Positions 1 through 12,470 of a stretch of 64,000 nucleotides of DNA are shown in pieces (within the stretch, counting starts at the first letter, position 1; each line of letters starts with the position of its first letter). Source of the stretch: Adineta vaga. Lineage: Eukaryota; Animalia; Rotifera. The position numbers and the translations under genes are program-made. The notes beneath the pieces were generated by a model that saw only the letters and a program-made list of their open reading frames with translations, did not search any database and was not told the origin of the DNA. The stretch lies in assembly GCA_021613535.1 (NCBI GenBank), contig CP075492.1, positions 3,100,001 through 3,164,000 of the forward strand, written 5' to 3'.

Positions 1-1050
1 GAATATTTTCCATATACTTTGGTACATAATGAATTGGATTAATAACAATTTTCTCATTTGTTATTTTCTCTAATAAATTTTTCAATTGTTTATTTTCTTC
101 TAATTCATCTTTATATTGTTGACGAAGTGAAATACTCCATAGAATATTACAAAGTGCTGTACATGTTGATAATTTTAATGAATCATTATCTTCGACATTC
201 TTATGAAATTGTAGGAAAATATCAATAAAAAATTTCACCATTGAATTTTGTTCAATTTCAACTTGTGCATGTTGTAAAATATAATCTAATGTTCGATCAT
301 AACAAATTAATCGAACTAAAACAATTAATGGTTCGGAAATATGCCAACCTTTCGCAACATATTTTGGTGATCGTTTTGATGCATCAATAATAATTTTTAA
401 TAATTGATCGAGAATATTATTCATTCGTTTACGATCAGTTTTGATTTGTTCAGGTGTCGAGAGAAGAGCAGTTGTCATTGCACACATAATCTTAAGTTCA
501 ATATCTGGATGATTAACTAGAAAGTCTTTTAATTGATTTGTTGTATTAAGAGAATTTAAAACTTGTACACCATTATCATGACGACTTATGTTATAAATCG
601 TTCCAACTAGACGTTCAACATCTGACAGTTGTTCTCTGTTTAAAAGTTAAAACTTGTTATTTTAGAATATTTTAATTGAAATTGATCTTACTTAGAAATT
701 AATTTTAACCATTTTAATAAAGATTCGGGATAATTTGTTTGAATTAAACATGGAACAAGAATTGTTTTATTGGAATATTCAGGTAATGCTGAGAACAAAC
801 TGTGAATTGATTGAGAATATTTCGGCGATTGAAAATGTAAATTTGCATAGTTTAATATAAATTTTAATAAATCTTCATGTTCCTGAAAATTATTATCTGT
901 TGGAATTTCGAAATTTTGTAATTTAATTAAAGCACTGAGAAATTCTTCACGAGTTTCGATCTCTTTAGAATCAGATGTTTCATTCTTATTTGAAGAATTG
1001 TTATTATCATCATCAGCATCAGCATTCGGTGGAAAAGTTAATTTAGCCAT
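1..1050 (-). CDS. Helical/armadillo-like repeat protein, 5' part (runs off the left edge); resembles the N-terminal region of bdelloid TIR-domain proteins
   Basis: ATG at 1050 (MAKLTFPP) and a GT-AG intron at 636-691. Exon 2 is open to the window edge: EQLSDVERLVGTIYNISRHDNG...DRKRMNNILDQLL...GWHISEPLIVLVRL...ALCNILWSIS. The TIR domain itself is not in the window. Confidence 0.65.
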
Positions 1051-3506
1051 GAAGATTTTTACAAATAAGAAAAGTTTGATCAAAAGATTTCAACGTTCGT
1101 TTCTCTCCGTGATCAATATGTCTGTCAAAACAACACTGCCGTCATTCTTTCACAATATTTGCACTTAAATATGAATAAAAAGACCTTTTTCCTTCTGTTC
1201 TGTAACAAAATACAAACAGAAAATTTTTTTTTGTATGTGTTGCTATATACTACCTTATACATAACAACGATAGGACAAATATAGTTTATGAAAAATGAAA
1301 TTTATTCAATAAGAATTCTTCATTAGATTACGTGATCTTGAAATCTTTGATCGATCGTGAAAATGGACTATAGATTAAAATAATATGTTCATTTTTCCCT
1401 AATTATATTCATGTCGTTTTCTTTCTTTCCTCTGGAATGACATATTCCTTCATACTTTTAACATCTGTAACAAATATAAAGAACGTGTCTTTGTAATTGG
1501 AGCAAGCGATATCATTATCAGAGATTATTCTACGTTTGATACATTGTGAATTTGTTTTAAAGGAATCAATAAAAGAAAAACTTAGAATAAAATAAATATG
1601 ATCTTTGCATATAGGACTTCGCTATTATTTATCCGTAGTCCCACGAAAATTTTTTTACACGAATCCTGCGGATAGATGCGGTATTTTTATAATGACTACG
1701 TTTATACTACTGAACACCGCGGGGTCAAAAATAAACCGTAGCTAACCGCGGTAACCTCCAAAAGAACCGAAACATGATGCACCGTAAAAAATCGCGATTG
1801 TAAAAATTTCGATGAGATGTGGATTAGTTGCGGTATCAGAGAAGTGCCATCTTTCATAATTCTATTTTGCAAATGTCTCATTACAAATCGCGATTTCCTG
1901 ATTTTCTCGAAAGATATTATCATTCTAAATATGGCATAATCTTATTATCTTGCTAGCTTTTTTCATATTATGTTTGTATAATGGTATATATAATAAAACT
2001 TTCAATAGGTCAAGTCATCATTTTATGCGAAATATCCTGATTGGAATTGAATTTAAAATGCTCTTCTTCATAGGAATTGAAAACAATTGTAAGGAAATCA
2101 TTTCAAAAATATAAATCTAATCTTTTTCACCAAACCATTATGAACTCTATGTCTATATTATAGCTGTTCTTTTTATGTGATAACGTAAGATAAATTCTAA
2201 CAAAAAATAATTCAGTAAGTCGAAGTAAGAGAAAAATATTATAGAGTTATATAAATATGAAATTTAAATAAACAGTTGTTTAATCTAATATTATATGTAA
2301 TAAAAAGATAACCATATTAAATAAGTATTTTATATAGTAATTGTCAGACTTCACTACGACAACTATTTCATCATTATTCGAAAGGAAAAATAAAGATTTA
2401 ACAATCACATGTAAAATTCAAATTACGAATGACGGAGATAAATAATAGGATTTTTTTTTCATGAGAAATACTCGTTTTTGTTCCGTTTTCATTTTCTATG
2501 AAAAAAAACAAACATTTTTGTGATATTTATAACAATTGAATACAAATAATGAAGAAATCGATATTAGAAAAAAAACTAATAATAAATGATTCGATCCATC
2601 TTCATCTCTTCTTTCCAAATGATGAAAAACGCACTTTTCTCTTTTGTTTTTATCAGAAATTATACAAACAACACTGACTAACATTCATGTTATAGTGACA
2701 TATGTAAATTTATGATTGTTTTCAAAGAAATAAAATAAATATCAAAGATATATTTCATTAAAAATATGTTTGTTTATTTTATTAATCAATTAAAATAATT
2801 TGTTACTCTTTAACATATATGTTATTTTCTTTAAATCAAATTTTAAAGCTGATTTTATTTATTTTTATTCTAAGATTTCTTTTCTACTTCTATTCAAATT
2901 TCATTATCAATATTAATAAAACAATATCTTTTACAATCCATTGATTTTTTTATGTCATTTTCATTGTTATTTTAAATAGAAAATAAACAAATCAAATTTC
3001 TACTGAATATTTCCATGTTTTTCTATTATTTTTATTGAATTCTATTAATAAATCTTTCTCTTTGTAAATAATAAATTTAATAGAAATATTTCGAGTATTA
3101 AATAAATATTTTCAAATTACAAAAAGATGATCAAAGAAAGATTAAGTTATAAATAAATAATAAAATATTAAATTAAAATACGAAAAGATTTTATTGAATC
3201 TTTTGAATTTATTTATTGAAAATTAAATAATCAATAGAATTTTTGTTCTTTTTTTTATTTATTTCAATTTATTTGTTAAATAAAATTAAAGAAAAATCAT
3301 TTTTAAATCAACTTTTATTTATTTAAAAAACGAAAATGTTTTTCAAAGAAAAAATTAAACAAAAATATTTTTCTTTTTTCATTAATGAAGAATTTTTAAG
3401 AAAAACATTTTATTTCAAATATTTATTTTTATTTTTAAAAATATTCTTTTACAATTTTTCATTTCCAATTTTTATTTTAAATAAAAACTTCTCTTTTTGT
3501 CCAATT

Positions 3507-4460
3507 TTATTCATATAATTCAGCACTGTTGAGAGAACCAGCTCCACCAGTAACTAAAACTTTCCCATTTGATAAAATTGTTGCTGTATGAGAATATCGT
3601 CCAACACTCATATTGTTTGCTGTTGTCCAATTACCTGTTGTTGGATCATATAATTCAGCACTGTTGAGAGGACCAGATCCACCAGTAACTAAAACTTTTC
3701 CATTTGATAAAATTGTTGCTGTATGTTGCTATCGTCCAACACTCATATTGTTTGTTGTTGTCCAATTACCTGTTGTTGGATCATATAATTCAGCACTGTT
3801 GAGAGAACCACCATTCTCTCCGCCAGTAACTAAAACTTTTCCATTTGATAAAATTGTTGCTGTATGTTTACATCGTGCAACATTCATATTCTTTGTTGTT
3901 GTCCAATTACCTGTTGTTGGATCATATAATTCAGCATTGCTGAAAGAATAACCATTGTATCCACCAGTAACTAAAACTTTTCCATTTGATAAAATTGTTG
4001 CTGTATGATATTCTCGGTCAACACTCATATTCTTTGTTGTTGTCCAATTACCTGTTGTTGGATCATATAATTCAGCACTGTTGAGATAACTAACACCACC
4101 ACTATTCAATCCACCAGTAACTAAAACTTTTCCATTTGATAAAATTGTTGCTGTATGCGAATATCGTCCAACATTCATATTCTTTGTTGTTGTCCAATTA
4201 CCTGTTGTTAGATCATATAATTCAGCACTGTTGGGAGAACCAGATCCACCAGTAACTAAAACTGTTCCATTTGATAAAATTGTTGCTGTATGATAATATC
4301 GTGCAACACTCATATTCTTTGTTGTTGTCCAATTACCTGTTGTTGGATCATATAATTCAGCACTGTTAAGAGAACCACCATTGTATCCACCAGTAACTAA
4401 AACTTTTCCATTTGATAAAATTGTTGCTGTATGATCTTTTCGTCCAACACTCATATTTCC
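3507..4460. repeat. Coding tandem repeat of about 135-147 bp units (7 Kelch blades) with high nucleotide identity
   Basis: Near-identical units containing ccaccagtaactaaaacttttccatttgataaaattgttgctgtatg and tccaattacctgttgttggatcatataattcagc. Confidence 0.95.
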
Positions 4461-5502
4461 TGTGTTAATCCATCCTAAAAAAGAAAATTGATTTGAATAA
4501 AAATAAATGAATTAAGAAAAGGAAACCTTTCGATTGATAAATAATTAAATCAAATTTAATTAATTGATGATAATTTTGATTAATAATAAAAATATTTCCA
4601 AATGAATCAAATGAAATAGTTGACGGAGAATTTAATTGTGAATTTGTACAACCAATAATACAAAAAAATCCATTTTGTTTTTGTTGAATAATTCTTTGAT
4701 TATTTGAATCAATAATAAATAAAAATTGATAAAAATCTAAAATAATATCCGAAGGACAATTTAAATTAATTGTAAAATTTAATGAATAATTTCCGACAAT
4801 AGTTTGACCAATAAAAGATTCTGATTGAAATAATTGAATTCGATTATTATCACAATCAGCAACAAATAAATTTTGATTTGATTGATCAATAAAAATTCCT
4901 TTTGGATTTGAAAGTGTTGTTGATGTTGAACCTTTTGTTCCTGTTCCTGCAATAATCATTAAAGGATACCAAGAATAAATTAATGATTTTGAAAGAATTT
5001 GATGTCGAGTTGAAATTGAACAAAAAAGATTTTGATTCGAATCAATAAAAATATCAAAACATTGTTCACATAAATTCATTTGTTTTTTTATTAAATTTGT
5101 TGAATTTAATTCCATTTGACTAATACCACCATTGAATTCAAATGTATCAAAATAGATTTCATTTGTTTCTCCGATAAAAATACTTGATGAATTTATTGAA
5201 ATATTTATTTTTAATATTAAATTTCCTTGAAGAGAAAGAAGAAGAATTTGTTTTGTTTCTCGATTTGGAATAAAAATTGTATTATTTTTATCAATAAAGA
5301 AATCTGAAGGAAATAATCCAATTAATGTTTCATTTGCAATTATTGTTCCATTAGAATTCCATGATGAATCAAATGAAATTGATGGTTGATTATATGAAAT
5401 TCCTTTTTTTTTTCAAAAAAAGAAAAAGAATAATAAAAATTGAAATAAAATTTTACCTTGAATTTGTTGAATTAAGAAGAAGAAAAAGATTGAAGAAATC
5501 AT
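3507..5502 (-). CDS. Secreted NHL-repeat + 7x Kelch-repeat protein with a premature in-frame TAG at 3729-3731 (possible pseudogene)
   Basis: Signal-peptide exon [15 protein letters not shown] (ATG 5502). NHL exon about 4529-5402 ([10 protein letters not shown]...[14 protein letters not shown]). An intron at about 4475-4528 leads to [12 protein letters not shown] and tandem [16 protein letters not shown]...[12 protein letters not shown] repeats, which continue in frame past the TAG to TAA at 3507. Confidence 0.85.
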
Positions 5503-6575
5503 TTTTAATTATTAAAAGAATTCTTTTGCTTTTTATATTTTATTTCAAAAAATCAAAATCATTTAACAAATATTGAAAGTTCATCTATCTTTTTTAAGAA
5601 CTTTTTTCATTAAATCACGTTATTTTATTTTCTTAAAATTGAATTTTAAGATAAAATTTCTGATTTTTATTTTAAATTAGACAATATAAATAAATGATTT
5701 ATGGCAATTCAAATAAATGTTCCTAATTTCTTTTTATTTATTTTAGATTTTCAAAATAAAAACATTAAAAGATTTCTTTATTAACAAAATCTATTCTAAT
5801 CATTTAATAAATAATATTTTATCAATTAAATTTAATAATTTCTCTTTCTTTTTTATTTTATAATTATTTTCAAGAGAATAAAATCATTTAAATGAACATT
5901 TCATTTATATTATATTTCTTAATCTTAATGAAATCTAATCATTATTTTTGTTTATTTAATTAATCTTATTTAAATAATATTCGATATATTTAGTTAAATT
6001 TATTTTTTAATCAATTCAAAAAAAGAAGAAAATTTTTCATTTTGTTGAATATTTTATTGACATTCTTATTTCTCATAATTATTCTTCTTCGTATAAATTT
6101 CACTTCATAGTTTATAGACAAGAACGAATGTATTCAATTAAACGAAGATTATAGTGAAATTCGATTTTTTGTATTAATATTTGAATTAAATCAGATTGAG
6201 AATATGAATATGATTTTTTTTTCTATCGAGCACATTCTCAAAGAGAAATCGATTGTATATAAGTTCAATAAGAGTTTATTTTAAGATATTCTTCCTTTTC
6301 TCTAATATTCAAACAATTGAATTTAATCAATTTCGATCATTTGAATGATTAAAAAGTCGAAAGTAATTGATGAGATATTTAAACAAGAACGAAATCGGTC
6401 ATGATAACTTTACACACCTTATGTAATTGACTTCTTAGTCTTATTTAATTTTAAAACAGTGCCAATATTAGATTTCGAAAGAAGGATAAAAAGAAAAGCA
6501 ATGAACAGCTTCAAAAACCGATAAAATTCTTTTTTTAAATCTGTATATTGTCACTAATAGATAAGATTTTCGTGA

Positions 6576-6920
6576 TCAAACTGCTACTTCTATTTCCGAA
6601 AGCAAAACTTTTCGATAATTTCTAAAATTGTATCGTTTTAAAACATGAAAAATTTCATACGCTCCATAATTATCAATAGTATTATATTCAAGATAAAGTT
6701 TCTTTAATGTATAATTAACTTTTAAAATATTAGTAAGAGCACAAACATCAGATGAAGTTATATAATTTCTTTGTAAATCAAATCGTTGACATATTTTATT
6801 TCTTTTCAATTGATTGCCAATGTTTTCTACATCAGAATCTTTGATATCTTTGTGAAAGAAGTCCCATTCTGTTACTTTCTTATACTTGTTAAGGAAATAG
6901 ATAATAAATAATATGTTCAA
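6576..6920 (-). pseudogene. Ribonuclease-inhibitor-type (NLRC3-like) leucine-rich-repeat fragment
   Basis: FDLQRNYITSSDVCALTNILKVNYTLKKLYLEYNTIDNYGA matches about two LRR_RI units. No convincing complete gene structure. Confidence 0.55.
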
Positions 6921-9900
6921 TTGAAATACAGTTAGTTATCTGATATTTCCTCGACTGTAAGGAGGGTTATATGAAAAAAATAGTTTGTTTGTTTGTCTAT
7001 GTGCGTTTGTGTCAAGGTCAAAGGTAAAAAAAACATCAGTGAACGTTAGTGAAACATCACCGTGACGCAGTATCAACCAGGGTGTTGGGTGAAACCGTGA
7101 GTGGAAATATGGACGTGGGTGTTGAGTGAAATCATGGATAGGGGCATAGAGTTGGGTGTGGGTGAAATTGATTATCCAAGAAAGCCTAATATTTTGTTTT
7201 TGGAAACTAATACATATTTGAACAATAACATGTGAGCCGTTTTTAGCTTGCCAGATGAATTCGTCTCACTATTGGAACCAGCTGAAAATACCTTTCCTCC
7301 ACAGTCGAGGGTTAAGTGAGTCGGCACGACGAGCGTTACTTGTGTAATAATTACCTTTTTTGTATCATTATATTTTTCTCTTTCTTATATTAGAAAAAAA
7401 TATCGACGAACAAAGTAAAAAACCCCACTTTAGATATCATTGGCGTGACGGTGCTGTTTTTCCTGCGCTTATCACACGTCTGTAAGTGAAGATAGGATGG
7501 AAAAATGATCTGCACAGATCATGATTAAAATGAGTTGATTTTTTCTTCTCTCTCATTTTGTGTTTTATTTACTTTATTCCTTTCGCACACAGGAATTTAT
7601 TTTACGCTTTTGAGGAAAAACAAAAGTATTTATCGAAGATATAAATCGAGAATTATTTGTACTTCAAAAAAGATGTAAAGGAAATGAAAACATCTACACT
7701 TATCCTATAGAAATAAGTTTCCATTAAAATTGAATTATATTAAACACGACAAATGAAACAATTGATATAATGTTTAAAAAGATACAAAAAAATGTTCTAT
7801 GAAGATCGATATAGGATGTTATAAAAAGAATACACTTTGAAAGTTCTTCATACGACATTCATGGAATGACTCTGAACAAGTCACTAACGGTTAAGTTATC
7901 TCAAATGAGTCATCTATAATGATTACATGTTTAGTTAGTAAGTTACACGGAAATTTATAATAACATTTATAAAATATTAGAAACATAGCGGGCGGAACTA
8001 TTAGGCTTGGGGAGACTGAGTTTGGTCTACTCTTTTCCTCTTCAACAGCCTGATAAAATGGTGGATGTAAGGTATGTAGCTTTATTGAGGGAATGAGGTT
8101 GAGAAAAAACACACACACTCAGAAGCAGAAGCACTGCTCTTATATATTATCCGCGATCACATATATATGATTCAAAGCATCCGACTCATATACGCACAAT
8201 TCATAGATTCTTTCACTCATGAGTTATCATGGCTGTAGACCATGACAGTGGGACACATAGCTCAAACAGAAAGGAAACAGAAAAAGTGAGTGCATATTCC
8301 AGTATGTTGGAAAAGTTTTTCCCCAGTAAACAAGATTGAAAGAATATACTGAAGTGTGAAGTCATTTTTTAATTAAAAAATGCTTTACACGTAAAAAAAG
8401 TTTTCTTTCTTGTCCGGATGTTTCGTTGCGTACGAGAGGTTAACAACTATTTCATTGTTGCTACGAAGGAAAAGGAAAAAAACTTTGCTTAAACGCTTCT
8501 AATATATTAATAGATTTTTTTTCTTCTAACAACATTATGCGCGTTTTAAGAGTTTGCTGTGTAGTAATACATCAAAATATTCTTTATGCTCGTGCCATTG
8601 TGTCAACTTTTTTCAGCCTCCCTTCAGCTGAAAGTACTCCGCCGCGTATGGTTAGAAATTCATATATAATATTATTACAAGTCAATCTTTTCGATTTATA
8701 AAATTCAGGTATGCCTATAGAATAATATCTATGTATATTTCGAAGTATAGATTTACATACATGTTAAATTCTGATAGATATAAAGCTAGACTTTTCATAA
8801 CCACATAATACTGTAGTTTAACAACTGAATATTCGATTAGATCTGTATTTTACTCTAGTTTCTGTTTATTAAAATAGATTATGCACTTATACGATATAAA
8901 TATTTCCAGTGATCATACGACTTTTATAAAGCTGTTAGTAAACGAAACATATTCGACTAAATGAAAAGATTTTTCATCACCGATTGGATAAACTATCATG
9001 TTTGATATTGATTTGAACATTCCCAGATGGTTCAACGGAACTAGTGGACTGCAATCATAAGGTAAGAAGTTTGAATCTAACTAGAAGAAATAAAATAAAA
9101 TAGATAGTGGTATTTAATGAATCGACCGAGGTGTTAGATAACCGTGTTAAGATGGTAAAAAAATTGCAAAGATAGAATAGACGTCAGAAATAATATACCA
9201 TTATGATGGTGAATTATTTTTCTTTGAAATCGTTAATAACTGCGGTGTGAAAATACCTAATGAAAGGTCTGACTTTCGCGGTGCGGTTAAACCGCTAAGA
9301 TGAATGTTTTTCTGCACCGTAATTTACCGCAGTTCCGATCGAAAAGATTTTTCGTGGGGTATAACAGGAACATTTAAAAATGTTACAATAAAGTTATATA
9401 ATAGGTGTTTTTATATGGTACGAGAATGAAACATCTCTTTTACCTTTTTATGATATTTGATCATGTACAACAGTCAATAATATAAAAAGAAAGTTATATA
9501 CATTCTTTTAGTCATCTATGTGAATTGAAAAGAATGATTCGTCGATCAATAAAAGAGATGAGAAGACGTCAAATAGAATTTCTCTTTTATATAGTTATAT
9601 ATGATATTCAAAGGTTAATAAAAAAGAACATTTCTCTGATTTTTTTGTAGCGTTTGAGATGATTTAAATGTACATAGGTATGAAAAGATTTCTCTATTAA
9701 CTCTAGTTTTAGCGATAAAAATCGAATGCATTTGAGAAAGATATTGTTTTTTCTCTTTGGAAGAAGTATCTGATTAAGACCAGATCGTTTCTATGTATGA
9801 TTTAATCAAAATTCACCATGTATTTCATACTTTTTAAGAGTAGGCTCCATTTAAACCTTGTTTAATAGCTCGAGGGTTAAATTTCGCTAGAGATTGATCG

Positions 9901-10118
9901 AACCATAATGAATTGCTTTTTTTGTATAATGTTATTCTTCTCTTCGATAGATGACTTCTTTCATATATGTAACATGTAATTGAAAAAGAAAAAGAATTGA
10001 TCAGTGAACCGAAAGGAAGAAATGAGTAGAGGTAAATAGATGTTTGAGTGATTGACTAATATAATGGTTGATACATGGAATAAGATTTACGTCTAATCAA
10101 TATACTTTGTATTTTTAG

Positions 10119-10943
10119 ATGCTTAAAGAAAAAAATTCAATTTTTATCTCATTATTCATTATATTTCTTCTTCTTATTTATATTATTTTCAATTTAAATA
10201 AACGAAATTCTTATGAAATAAAGCCAAACATTGATGCATCAAAAATATTGACAAAATTATCAACTGAAAGAACACGTATTAATATTAACGATGATATTAA
10301 AATATCGAAAGAATATATAAGAAATCATATTGATGAATCATCGGATTTATTTAATGAACATTGGCTTCGTCTTTTAAAACATTATTTAACAATACCATTA
10401 GAAACTGGTTATGGATCACATAAAGTTATTTTACTTGCTGCAAGTTTAATGACAAATCAAGATAATAAGCCTGTTCTAGAAATGGGTTGTGGTTATTTTT
10501 CAACAATACTCTTACATCAAATGATTGTTAATGAACAAAAACGTTATTTATTATCAACCGATACAGATAAAGAATGGCTGTCAAAATTTCAAATGAATAT
10601 GTCATCAGCAAATCATGAATTTCGTCATATTAATCAAACTTCTGAATGGGATCAAATAGGAAATGATCGTCCTCGATGGTCATTTATTTTTATTGATCAT
10701 AAACCAGGTGAAAGACGTGTTGTTGATATTATTCGTGTTATTAAAATGACTGATCTTATTATTGTTCATGATACAGAAACAGCGTCATATCAATATGAAA
10801 AAGGTTTATCTTTATATCCATTTAGATATCATTTTACTTATTTATCAACGGGTACTGATATTGCAAGTTATTCAAATAAAACACTTTTTGAAAATATTAA
10901 ACGTTTATTAGAATTAACGATTAGTTTAAAAGTACCTAAATAA
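10119..10943 (+). CDS. Membrane-anchored class I SAM-dependent methyltransferase-like protein
   Basis: N-terminal hydrophobic anchor (IFISLFIIFLLLIYIIF), motif I VLEMGCGYFST, STDTDKEW, FIFIDH and IIVHDTE. Coding region is intronless. Confidence 0.75.
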   Translation: MLKEKNSIFISLFIIFLLLIYIIFNLNKRNSYEIKPNIDASKILTKLSTERTRININDDIKISKEYIRNHIDESSDLFNEHWLRLLKHYLTIPLETGYGSHKVILLAASLMTNQDNKPVLEMGCGYFSTILLHQMIVNEQKRYLLSTDTDKEWLSKFQMNMSSANHEFRHINQTSEWDQIGNDRPRWSFIFIDHKPGERRVVDIIRVIKMTDLIIVHDTETASYQYEKGLSLYPFRYHFTYLSTGTDIASYSNKTLFENIKRLLELTISLKVPK

Positions 10944-11324
10944 ATTATTTCTTCGAGTGTAGGTGTGAACGTTTCGGAAGAAAACAGACATCCTAATCCA
11001 TAACCCTCGCCCTCAAATTTGTATATATACATAGATAAAGGTTAAATAAATGGATATGGTATTGTTTCGAAATTTAAGCTGTTCGAGATTATTACAGCAA
11101 TTCTTACATCATGTGATCTATATGAGAGAACGAGACATGTGTTTGATATTTTTCTAGACTAAAAATATTAACAGTATGTTATTTTGCCCATAAATAGTAA
11201 TATGACCATATATAGAAAAAGAGCGAGTCATCATAAGATGATTCATTGTAATAATGAAAAGTATTGCACAATTTCTCGTATAAAAGATTGCGATTAATAT
11301 TTATCTTTGAAAATAAACGAAATC

Positions 11325-11974
11325 ATGGCGAATGGTTTTGGGAGATCAAATGTTTGGTTAATTGAGAAAATGGATTATTATTTGCGAAAAGATTTAGAAG
11401 CAACAGATGATGAAATTGATTATTTAAAACGTTTATGCAGTATCAAAACAAAAGATCGTGGAATACCGAAAAAACGTCCAAATAATCGATTACCATCAAC
11501 AATTATTGATGGATTTCTTTACCATGGAGATATTGGACATGCGAAAAATTTGACTTTATTAAATGAAATTGGAGTCAAACATATTTTAAATGTTTGTGAT
11601 GTTGAATTAGATAAAGAAATAAACGATAATTTCAATGTTTTATGGATTAATATTAATGATGAAGTTTCAATAAATATTCAAGATTATTTTGAAAAAACCA
11701 ATCAATTTTTACATTTATGTCAAAATAAAGGTGAAAAAGTATTAGTTCATTGTCAAATGGGAATATCTCGTTCATCATCAATTGTTCTTGCTTATCTTAT
11801 CAAGTAAATCTTTCGAATTTTTTCAATCAATTTTAATTTCTATTTTTATGTCGTTGTAGATATGATAAGAAGAATCTTCTCGATGCATATGATCATTTAG
11901 TTACTTGTCGACGTATTGCGTCACCTAATTTTGGTTTCTTTCTTCAACTTATTCGATATGAAAAGACATTATAA
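11325..11974 (+). CDS. Dual-specificity protein phosphatase (2 exons)
   Basis: Catalytic loop VHCQMGISRSSSIVLAYL. Intron 11804-11859. Exon 2 reads YDKKNLLDAYDHLVTCRRIASPNFGFFLQL...TL*. Confidence 0.9.
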
Positions 11975-12042
11975 TGTTTCTATAGTTACTATCAAAAGAA
12001 TATAAAATAAAGAGGTTTTTTGTACTAAAAAAGAAACAAATT

Positions 12043-12450
12043 ATGAAATTCATTTCTATCTTACTCCTTCTTTCACTTATCATTATGACTGAAGAGACCG
12101 ATCCAATGTCACTTCATGCAACGATTCACGTCTATTCTGGTCGACCAAATCCTCAATGGCAATTAACATTCGATGAATGGTCTCAGTTAAATCAATTAAT
12201 TGTCAAATTACCTAAAATAACTGAAAATGGACTTGGCCCATATCAGTTTTCAGGTCGCTTAGGTTATTCAGGTTTTTCCGCACATTTTCCTGCTGTATCA
12301 AGTTATCCTGATATTTATTATGTCGCTCAACATCAACAAGCAGTTTTATCAAATCCCGGTGGACATATTATTTATAACGATAAAGAAAAATCGATTGAAA
12401 AATGGTTTAAAGATTCTGCAAATGCTCATGGCATTTCATTACCAATTTAA
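12043..12450 (+). CDS. Small secreted protein of unknown function (SGRPNP...LGYxGF motif, bacterial-like)
   Basis: Intact 135-aa intronless ORF with signal peptide MKFISILLLLSLII. Confidence 0.7.
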   Translation: MKFISILLLLSLIIMTEETDPMSLHATIHVYSGRPNPQWQLTFDEWSQLNQLIVKLPKITENGLGPYQFSGRLGYSGFSAHFPAVSSYPDIYYVAQHQQAVLSNPGGHIIYNDKEKSIEKWFKDSANAHGISLPI

Positions 12451-12470
12451 ATTTTCCCTTCAAAAAAAGT

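Larger units (their letters stand above)
1640..9358. mobile_element. Candidate non-autonomous CACTA/EnSpm-like element with CCC termini and cargo genes
   Basis: Left end CCCACGAAAA (1640) and right end TTTTCGTGGG (9358) form imperfect inverted repeats, 28/43 identical ungapped. Both ends are flanked by GT (possible 2-bp TSD). ACCG/CGGT subterminal motifs cluster at 1665-1835 and 9240-9335. No transposase seen. Confidence 0.5.

Noticed and set aside
2496-3518. Short F/K/I-rich ORFs (also 5361-5576)
   Set aside because: Low-complexity products of extreme AT richness.
3613-3951. 112-aa repetitive plus-strand ORF
   Set aside because: Antisense shadow of the Kelch repeats.
3507-4460. Repeat-spacer pattern resembling a CRISPR array
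   Set aside because: Units are in-frame protein-coding Kelch repeats, there are no cas genes, and the context is eukaryotic.
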